In this document: positions 44,236 through 52,500 of the stretch, in pieces
How positions within the stretch are numbered: position 1 is the first letter of the stretch
Layout of the letters: each line of letters starts with the position of its first letter
Source: an uncultured Methanosarcinales archaeon
GTDB lineage: Archaea; Nanobdellota; Nanobdellia; Woesearchaeales; CAYPCY01
Length of the DNA: 64,000 nucleotides
Assembly: GCA_964409385.1 (NCBI GenBank)
Contig: CAYPCY010000001.1
Coordinates: forward strand, 41,456 to 105,455
Direction: 5' to 3'
Translations under genes and position numbers: made by a program
The notes under the pieces: model-generated
What the model saw: only the letters and a program-made list of their open reading frames with translations
Database searches by the model: none
Told to the model about the DNA's origin: nothing

Positions 44236-45336
44236 ATGAAACAACAATTAAAAGAACAAGGATTTGATATTAGTAAAATAGATAAACAAGACATTTTTAA
44301 AATATTCAAAACAAATGAATCAAAAAGCGCTCATAGAATAGGTTTTTTTTTGGTTGAAAAATTAAATGCTCCGCCCTATTTTGTTAAAATACAATTTGAA
44401 AAAGAAAATTCTGAAGTTGAAATAATTAAAGAAAATAAAATTAATTTTTTTGCATTTAACTTAAAAGAATCTGGCGCATGTAATACATATTTAAAATTAA
44501 AAAAAAGAAAAGAAATAGATTGTGGAATTGGTTTTGGAATACTAAATAAGTCTATAGAAAAAACAAATAAATTAGCCATTAAACTGAATTTAGAATCTTA
44601 TCTTGATGATTTTGCTTACCTTAATAATAACTTTGTTTGTGAACTAGAATCACTTATTGAAATCAATAAAAACATGTTCAAAAATCAAGGTTTTACAATT
44701 TTGGGTCAATCAGGAGTTGGAAAAAACACTTTAATAAATAATCTTCTCCAATATCATAAACGAGCAGGACTTTGCACTAAAATAACTACTCGTCCTTTAA
44801 GAAAAACAGATAATAGAATTAGACAAGTTTCTGAAAAAGAATTTATTAAGCTTATCAAGAAAAAACAATTAGTTGGTTTGAATGAATATGACAATAATCT
44901 TTATGGATATCTTCGAAATGAGATTGAAGCACATATTAAATTCGGATTAGATATGTTTATAGACACGGTAGTTCCTGATGTCGCAACCGATTTAAAAAAA
45001 GAATTTCCTGGTTTTTTTAGAACTATAACTCTTGAGAAAAAAAATGAACAAGTTACTTCTAATTTGATTAACAGATTTGAAAAATTTGATAAACAGAATT
45101 CAAATTTAAATTATCAAAGGCAATCTTTGAATAACAGAATAAATAAGCTTATTGAAAGTGACGAAGAATATAATAAAATGATTGAAATTGCTGATTTTGT
45201 TCTTAAAGATGATTTTTTTGGTTTCAAAAATAATGAGTTTAGAAGATATATTAATTATTCCAGAACTGTTTTATTTCATCCAAAAAACATAACTTTAACA
45301 GATAGATATAATAAATTATATGGAAGACACAAATAA
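44236..45336 (+). CDS. Guanylate-kinase-like P-loop protein, paralog 2 (366 aa)
   Basis: ILGQSGVGKNTL...KITTRPLRKTD...EKEFIKLIKKKQLVGLNEYDNNLYGY aligns to Gmk SAPSGAGKSSL...HTTR.PR.GE...EEF....G.F.E.A...YGT. Confidence 0.5.
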   Translation: MKQQLKEQGFDISKIDKQDIFKIFKTNESKSAHRIGFFLVEKLNAPPYFVKIQFEKENSEVEIIKENKINFFAFNLKESGACNTYLKLKKRKEIDCGIGFGILNKSIEKTNKLAIKLNLESYLDDFAYLNNNFVCELESLIEINKNMFKNQGFTILGQSGVGKNTLINNLLQYHKRAGLCTKITTRPLRKTDNRIRQVSEKEFIKLIKKKQLVGLNEYDNNLYGYLRNEIEAHIKFGLDMFIDTVVPDVATDLKKEFPGFFRTITLEKKNEQVTSNLINRFEKFDKQNSNLNYQRQSLNNRINKLIESDEEYNKMIEIADFVLKDDFFGFKNNEFRRYINYSRTVLFHPKNITLTDRYNKLYGRHK

Positions 45337-45727
45337 AAAAGGAACTCTAGAATTACTATGTGGACCGAGTGGAGTTGGAAAATCATTTTCAATTCCTGAA
45401 GGAAATAAATCATATAGATGGACTACTCGTCCAAAACGTGAAGGAGAGATAGACAGTAGAATTTATTCTGGAAGAACTACTGACGGATTCTTTATGGCTG
45501 AAGAAGAATTTATTGGAAAAAAGGAAGAACTGGTTGGCATTCATAAATATCCTGATCATAACACAAATTATTATTATGGATTTCCCAAGAGAGATATAAT
45601 TAAAGCGATAGATGAAGAAAAAACTATTAATATTTTTAAGACTGCTTTTACAGATCTGATAGAGTCTAATAAAGAATCAAATCTAATGTATTATTTCATA
45701 GACTATTTAGATATTTTTTCTGACTAA
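45320..45727 (+). CDS. Guanylate-kinase-like P-loop protein, paralog 3 (135 aa, kinase core only)
   Basis: LLCGPSGVGKSF...WTTRPKREGEIDSRIYSGRTTDGFFMAEEEF. Overlaps paralog 2 by 17 nt. Confidence 0.5.
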   Translation: MEDTNKKGTLELLCGPSGVGKSFSIPEGNKSYRWTTRPKREGEIDSRIYSGRTTDGFFMAEEEFIGKKEELVGIHKYPDHNTNYYYGFPKRDIIKAIDEEKTINIFKTAFTDLIESNKESNLMYYFIDYLDIFSD

Positions 45728-45728
45728 T

Positions 45729-46388
45729 TTAACCTTTCAAGAACATTTCTATAGCTTCTACTTGATCTCTTCTAAACTTACCCAACAAACTAGGTAGTTT
45801 ATTTATAGAAATCCATTCTCCTGATTTGGATTCTTCAGAAAGTCTTATTTCTTCATCTTCATAATCCACTCTATAATATGTTGCCCATTCTTTATTTGCA
45901 GGATTTAATATTTTCTTCTTAAACAATAGTTTCAAACGACTTTTATCAATATTAATCCCTGCTTCTTCTTTCATTCCTCTTACTGCTCCATTATCATAAC
46001 TTTCTCCAATATTCAAATGTTCACCAACACTTAAATCAGCACATCCTGGAAATAAATCTTTATCTTCTCCCCTATACTGTATGTAGACTTTATCTTTGTC
46101 TACTAGAAAAACATTGGATCCTCTGTGAAAGAAAAAACTTCCTAAACTTCCTTCACCATGACATTCTTTTCTATAAAACAATAATTTTTTTTTATTAACA
46201 ATTACTGGTTTGTCTTCAGAATCAAATATTTGGAATAATTCTCCACTTCTCTTTTTTTCATATAATATTATGAAATTTTCAGTTTCTCCTTTTTTTAAAT
46301 TCGAAGAATTTTGAATATCAGAATTGCAAAGCAATTCTTTTGTTTCTAACTTTTTCCCTGTAATCTTCTCTAGGTCTTCAATCTTCAT
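45729..46388 (-). CDS. Nudix hydrolase
   Basis: VGEHLNIGESYDNGAVRGMKEEAGI approximates the Nudix box G.5E.7REU.EE.GU. Confidence 0.5.
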   Translation of the reverse strand: MKIEDLEKITGKKLETKELLCNSDIQNSSNLKKGETENFIILYEKKRSGELFQIFDSEDKPVIVNKKKLLFYRKECHGEGSLGSFFFHRGSNVFLVDKDKVYIQYRGEDKDLFPGCADLSVGEHLNIGESYDNGAVRGMKEEAGINIDKSRLKLLFKKKILNPANKEWATYYRVDYEDEEIRLSEESKSGEWISINKLPSLLGKFRRDQVEAIEMFLKG

Positions 46389-47293
46389 TTTACTTTCAGT
46401 GTTAGTAATGCGCTTTTCATTTCAAATGCTGTTTCAAACATGTTTATTAAAATTCCTAGAATTTTTGAATCTTTTCTTTCTTTTCCAGAAATAATGTCTA
46501 TTTCTTTTCTTATAGAAACTTCTTTTTCTCCCAAACTTAAAATTTTAGAGAATTTAAAGTCATAAAGTAATTCATAAAATATTTTTACTAAAGAATTTAT
46601 TTCTTCTAATAATTTAATTAAATCTTTCTCTACTATTATTTTTTTGTTTGAAACTTCTTGATTTAAACTCTTGTAAATATCTGCTAAGATTTCTGTTTGT
46701 TCAGCAATAACATATAATGGAAATGGTCTGTCGTAATTTACTTGATGACCTGCATTTAGTATTCTCCTACAAAAATCTGTATGTCTATCTACAATTCTAT
46801 CTTTTGAAATTATTGATTTTGAATGTTCAAAATCTTTTTTCTTAATTGCATTTAGTGTTTCTTCTGCAATATCTAAAATTGCAAATCCCATCTTTCTAAA
46901 TATTGTATTAAAATCTTTAGGATCTAATGAAGATATTGTTTCTACTATTACTGTTTCTTTCTTCACATCCATTATTTCAAAAACGTGACAAGTCCTGTCC
47001 AAAGTATTCTCAATAATTTCAAGCTCCTTATCAGTAGAATACCTTAATTTAACATTTCTAAATCCTGCTTTGTATATAGCGCATATTGTCCTATTAAGCA
47101 TTGACTTCAAATTAGTTAAATCAATATCAATTTCTGAATATACTTTTTTCTTTGATGTTCTTAGAACTAATGAGTTTTTTTCTTCATCAATATTCAGATC
47201 ATCTCCTTTAGAAATATTATTTTTCTTAACCCAATCACTAGGCAGACTAACTGTTAAAGTGTTCTGACCAACTAAATTTACTTTTCTCTTCAT
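46385..47293 (-). CDS. AbrB/SpoVT-domain plus PhoU-like regulator
   Basis: N-terminal LVGQNTLTVSLPSDWVKKNNISKGDDL (swapped-hairpin AbrB-like) followed by a helical PhoU-like repeat region. Confidence 0.45.
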   Translation of the reverse strand: MKRKVNLVGQNTLTVSLPSDWVKKNNISKGDDLNIDEEKNSLVLRTSKKKVYSEIDIDLTNLKSMLNRTICAIYKAGFRNVKLRYSTDKELEIIENTLDRTCHVFEIMDVKKETVIVETISSLDPKDFNTIFRKMGFAILDIAEETLNAIKKKDFEHSKSIISKDRIVDRHTDFCRRILNAGHQVNYDRPFPLYVIAEQTEILADIYKSLNQEVSNKKIIVEKDLIKLLEEINSLVKIFYELLYDFKFSKILSLGEKEVSIRKEIDIISGKERKDSKILGILINMFETAFEMKSALLTLKVK

Positions 47294-47338
47294 TAATAAA
47301 AGAAAGACTAAGTAATATAAATACTTTTGTGAAAGTAA

Positions 47339-48307
47339 TTACTGAAATATATATTCTTGTAAATTAACTGGTATTGTATTGCCCATTACTAATACTTTGA
47401 AGTCTTTAATTACATTAGGGAATTGTTGCCCTAGTGTTCTCATAAAATCATAAACCTCATTTATTGATTCATAATGTACTATTAATTCAAGATTTGTAAT
47501 CCCTATATACTCTGATAAGAATATTACTCTATTATTCATTGACAAATAAGTAATCATCTTGTTTTTTTGTTCTACAGGACAAGCTCCAAAATGCATTAAA
47601 ATCCTGAATTTTGTATTTCCTATCTTTTGTGTGCTTATTATTGCTTTAAACCTTAATATAATCTCTTCATCAACTAATTTTTTTATTCTATAACTTATTG
47701 CATTCGCTGTTAATCCTAGCTTCTTTGCTATTGATACAGATGATGTTTTCGCATTTTTTGTTAATAATCTTATTATGTTCTTATCAATATCATTAATAGT
47801 TGCTGGCGTAATAACTTCTTTTTCCATTCTTACTTGCTCATGAGTATTATTTTCTATAAGATAATCTAAAGCATATTCATTAAAGCTTACTCCTAGCATA
47901 AGATTTGAATTTAAAATTTTGTTACCAAAATTTTCAAAAAATTTGTCTTCTATCACTTTTATTTCAGTTAGTGTTTTTGCTCTTATTGACAAGGAAAAAT
48001 CATAATCTCCATAGAATAATGTTATAAAACCTATCTTCTTATCAGATTCACAAAACTTCATTAATTCTTTAATATCATTATCACTAAATCCTGTGAACTT
48101 AACATAAATTTTTGAAAATAAATATCCTAGCTTTAAGCTATTTAGTTCAAGATCATAATTCTTTATTATTCCTTTTTCTTCAAGTCTTTTTATTCTATAC
48201 GCTATTACTTCTTTAGCTAAACCTATCTTTTTTGATAGTGAATTCATAGATTGTCTACAATCAAGATTTAGATGATACAATATTTTTTTATCTTTAACAT
48301 CTAACAT
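47339..48307 (-). CDS. Tandem double Lrp/AsnC-type regulator (two HTH-RAM modules). Start taken at the internal ATG; the track start is 48373.
   Basis: Two HTH segments (SMNSLSKKIGLAKEVIAYRIKRL and SSVSIAKKLGLTANAISYRIKKL), each followed by a RAM-like domain. Confidence 0.55.
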   Translation of the reverse strand: MLDVKDKKILYHLNLDCRQSMNSLSKKIGLAKEVIAYRIKRLEEKGIIKNYDLELNSLKLGYLFSKIYVKFTGFSDNDIKELMKFCESDKKIGFITLFYGDYDFSLSIRAKTLTEIKVIEDKFFENFGNKILNSNLMLGVSFNEYALDYLIENNTHEQVRMEKEVITPATINDIDKNIIRLLTKNAKTSSVSIAKKLGLTANAISYRIKKLVDEEIILRFKAIISTQKIGNTKFRILMHFGACPVEQKNKMITYLSMNNRVIFLSEYIGITNLELIVHYESINEVYDFMRTLGQQFPNVIKDFKVLVMGNTIPVNLQEYIFQ

Positions 48308-48637
48308 ATTATTAAAAACAAAAATTATCTTTTTAAATTTTTTGTTTTTCGTAAAAAAATAGAAATTATCCAAAAATTAAGATTATTTTTTTAAAAAAAA
48401 TAGAAATTTTATAATTTTAATAAAAAAATTAAGTAAATATTTTAGTTTTGATTAAAAAATAAACAATTAGTTTTATAATAGGGTTTTGACTTATAGTCTT
48501 CAAACCAGTAAAAACACCAGTAATTACATAATTACTAATAATAATTATAATTGACAAAAGTATATATGTTCCCAATCACATATACTAAATAAATCCATTA
48601 ATTGATTGGAAGATTTACAAAAAAACTGGAAAATTAA

Positions 48638-49069
48638 ATGAAAAGTACCGACCTTGAAATACTAAGACAATTAAGAAAGAATTCGAGAGAATCAATAACT
48701 AACATTAGCAAGCAAACCGGAATTCCAACCTCAACAGTATTTTGTAAAATAAAAGATCACGAGAGGTTAATAAAAAAGTACACTGCCTTGATTGACTTTT
48801 CAAAACTCGGCTTTAACAATTGGATGAGGTTGGTCTTCCATATTGAAAGGGAAGAAAAAGAAAGATTAATGGAATTACTAAAAGAGAACGAGAACATAAA
48901 CTCAATTCATGAACTAGTTGGAGAATCAAATATCATGATTGAAACAATTCACAGAAACATCAAGGATTATTTAGACTTCCTTGAATACTTACAATCAAAG
49001 TTTGAAATTAAAGAATTACAACAATTCCATGTCATAACTGACAAAAAACAAGAAGCATTTATGAACTAA
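48638..49069 (+). CDS. Lrp/AsnC-family transcriptional regulator
   Basis: ILRQLRKNSRESITNISKQTGIPTSTVFCKIK is an HTH; RAM-like C-terminus. Confidence 0.6.
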   Translation: MKSTDLEILRQLRKNSRESITNISKQTGIPTSTVFCKIKDHERLIKKYTALIDFSKLGFNNWMRLVFHIEREEKERLMELLKENENINSIHELVGESNIMIETIHRNIKDYLDFLEYLQSKFEIKELQQFHVITDKKQEAFMN

Positions 49070-49080
49070 AAAATAAGAAA

Positions 49081-49599
49081 ATGATAGCGTTAGCTTTGAA
49101 TAAAAAGGAAAAATTGCTAATAAGTTTCCTAAGACAAAATGCTAGGGAGACTTTAACTAATCTTAGCAAGAAAACTTCAATTCCAATAAGTACAATATAT
49201 GATAGTCTAAAAGAAAATAATTACATTACTAGAAATACTTGTTTATTAGATTTTGAAAAGTTAGGATTTCATACTCGTGTTAATATTTTCTTAAAATCAT
49301 CTGCGAAAAATAGAAAAGAGTTGGAAAACTACTTGGTAGGTCATCAAAATGTTAATTCTGTCTTTAGAATAAATAATAATTTTGACTTTTTGATAGAAGG
49401 AATTTTCAAGCAAGTAAAGGATGTTCAAGAAGTTATAGAATTACTTGAAAAAAACTTTGGAGATTTAAAAAAAGATATTTTTTACATTACTGAAGAGTTG
49501 AAGAAGGAAGAATTTCTCAGTAGTCCTGACCTGGTACAAACCCAAAAAACTTCCAAGATGACCGGAAATCCTCCGGCAAATTCTGGGTATGTCTTTTAA
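49081..49599 (+). CDS. Lrp/AsnC-family transcriptional regulator, paralogous to 23149-23598
   Basis: LISFLRQNARETLTNLSKKTSIPISTIYDSLK is an HTH. FRINNNFDFLIEGIFK resembles the 23149 protein's FKVNNQYDFLVECIFK. Confidence 0.6.
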   Translation: MIALALNKKEKLLISFLRQNARETLTNLSKKTSIPISTIYDSLKENNYITRNTCLLDFEKLGFHTRVNIFLKSSAKNRKELENYLVGHQNVNSVFRINNNFDFLIEGIFKQVKDVQEVIELLEKNFGDLKKDIFYITEELKKEEFLSSPDLVQTQKTSKMTGNPPANSGYVF

Positions 49600-52500
49600 A
49601 ATGAATAAACAAACTTTATTTATGGGGGAAGTAATAAATAAAACAAATATACTTTCGTTAAAAGTATTATCTTTCTTGCTCATATTCATCTTACTGCCTT
49701 TTGTTATTGCCTCTGAAACAACTTATGGTTCAGTCTATGAAATTGAAGAGATTGACAGAAAAGAATTATTTCAAGAAACAGTCAGAGAAAAACTTGAAAA
49801 ACAAGCATTAATCTATAAAGTAATTCCTACAGAAAAAGGAAATGAAATTTACAGAATTGATTCTGAAGGTAACATTATTGATGAAGATATTCCTCTTATT
49901 ATAAGTTCAATTAATTTATCTTCAAACTATTACGATGCAAAAATTTACGAGTCTCAAATTCAATCTCAAACTGTAAAACAAGGTAGTGGTGAAGGAGAAT
50001 CCTCCACTAGAGATATGGATTGTAATAATGCATATTATTTAGATTGGGAAGATGAAGGATCCGTCACCGGCTGGTATCCTCCAAACGAATACGAAAATCA
50101 TTGGTTTGAAATAGATCTTCCTAACGATGATGAATTTCTGATAGGTATTGACATGTCTAATAATGATGATTTTGATTTATATGTACATCCTGAATGTAAT
50201 GATGGATGGGTTTGCAGACCGTATGATGGAACAGGAGATACAGAAATTTGTTATGTCGATAATTTAGATGGAGATGTCTATATTAGAATTCATGCATATT
50301 ATTTAGGAGATGATGATCCTTATTATCTATATATTTATCCTCTTGAAGGAAATAATGATTATTGTGATATTTGGGATGATTGGGGAGTTCCTTGTGAAGA
50401 AGGAGAGTGGGATTGTGAAAGTGATTCTGATTGTGAGTCTGGTTTAGATTGTATGGGACCTTATGGAGATTACAATCCTAATTATTATGATGGATGTTGT
50501 GAACCTGGCGATGAATGGGACGCCAACAGTCATGAATGTATTTCAGGAGGTTGCGAAGAAGGTTGGTTAAACGAATATGATTGTGGTTCTGGCAACATGA
50601 GAAAAAGACTTTACCAAAATTCTGACTGTAGCACTGATTGGGAAAATTGGGAAGATTGTGACGATTATGATACAGGGTGGGATTACTTCTGTTCTGGAGA
50701 TTGTATACAAAGAGAAGAAACAGATTATTACTGTTCTGATTCTTCAAATTCTTGCCAAGGAAGTTATGACCAAGATACTCTTTCTTGTAACGGAGATTCT
50801 GATTACTGTGACGATAGGTATGATCATCAGGACGCTTGCGGAAAGTGTGGATATGAAGATTACGATTGTGATTGGAATAGTGAATGTTCAGGAAGTCTAG
50901 AATGTACAGGACCCATCTGGGGAGCACTAGATGGTTGTTGCAATCCAGGAGAACAATGGGACGGTAGCGGAAACTGCGGAGAATGCTTCGCAGACAGTGA
51001 CTGTGACGATCAAAATTATTATTCAGGTTGGAATTACGAATGTGGTAGTAATTATGTTAAAAAATATAGGACATTTTACGATTTTGGTTGTTCAGGAGGT
51101 AATGATTGTGTAGCTAATCAAATAAACGAGGAAGAAATTTATTATAATGGAAATTCTGATTATTGTTCTAAGAGTATAGAATTTGGTTGTGGAGGGTGCG
51201 ATTATGAACAATATGATTGTGATTGGAATAGTGAATGTTCAGGAAGCCTAGAATGTACAGGACCCATCTGGGGAGCACTAGATGGTTGTTGCAATCCAGG
51301 AGAACAATGGGACGGTAGCGGAAACTGCGGAGAATGCTTCGCAGACAGTGATTGTAACAGCCAAGATTACTATTCAGAATGGTATTACGAATGTGGTTAT
51401 GATTATGTCAAAAAGTATCGAATATTTTATGATTATTCTTGTTCAGGAGGTAATGATTGTATAGTTAATGAAATTGTTGAAGAAATAATATACAACAATG
51501 GAAATGAAGATTATTGTGATAAAAGTTTAGAGTATGGTTGTGGAGCTTGTGGATATGAACAATATGATTGTGATAGTAATAGTGAATGTTCAGGAAGCCT
51601 AGAATGTATGGGTTCAATCGGAGGCGCACTAGATGGTTGTTGCAATCCAAATGAAGAATGGGATGAAGTTAATTATGAGTGTATTTTCAACACTGTTTGT
51701 GGTGATGGAATTTGCAGTCCTGACGAGTATTGTGTTCAAGATTGTTTAGTTATTGACAGTTTTATTGACAATCCTGACTCTGTTGATTATGGAGAACCTG
51801 TTTCAGTAACTGTTAAGGTTGATAATATTGGAACTGTTACTTTATCTGAAAATATCGAAGCAGGAATTGTTCCTGAATCTTGGGCTGGTTTAATCTATCC
51901 TGATAGAAGTTCTACTCCTATTAGTGGTTGTTGTGACGCAAACGAATATTATGATTCTTTCCATCTGGAAATTAGTCCTGGACAGAGTGAATACGTTACT
52001 TTTAGTATTATAGCTCCTAATCCTGACTCTATTGATAATTGTGGTGATGGGGGTAGTGCTTGGGATTCTTCATTTAATTTAATTTCAGGATTGTATGTTG
52101 AGTGCTTTGAAGGATATACTGATTTTACAAGTACGGAGATTGATGTTTCTTATGAACCTCCTTGTAATAATAATGGTATTTGTGAAGAGTGGGAAAGTTT
52201 TGAAACTTGTTCTTCAGACTGTGTGTGTAATGGTAATGGAATTTGTGATGGTTTAGAAACTTTTGATACTTGCGCTAGTGAATGTTATTGTGATTTTGAT
52301 GGAACTTGCGACAGTTTTCAGGGAGAGAATGAGTATACTTGTGCCGCTGATTGTGTTCCTGATTGTGATATTCCTGACGGTAGTTCTTACGCTTGTGATT
52401 GTGATTCTAATATTGAATGTCCTTCGGGTTTGTTCTGTAATTTTGTTTCTGGTCCTGACGCTTGTGAGGAGATTAATTATGAGGATGAATGTTCTAACTA

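Noticed and set aside
50837-51700. Tandem repeats considered as a CRISPR-like or other non-coding repeat array
   Set aside because: The repeats have a 351-bp period, are in frame, and encode Cys-rich protein modules inside a 5.1-kb ORF. There is no short repeat-spacer structure.
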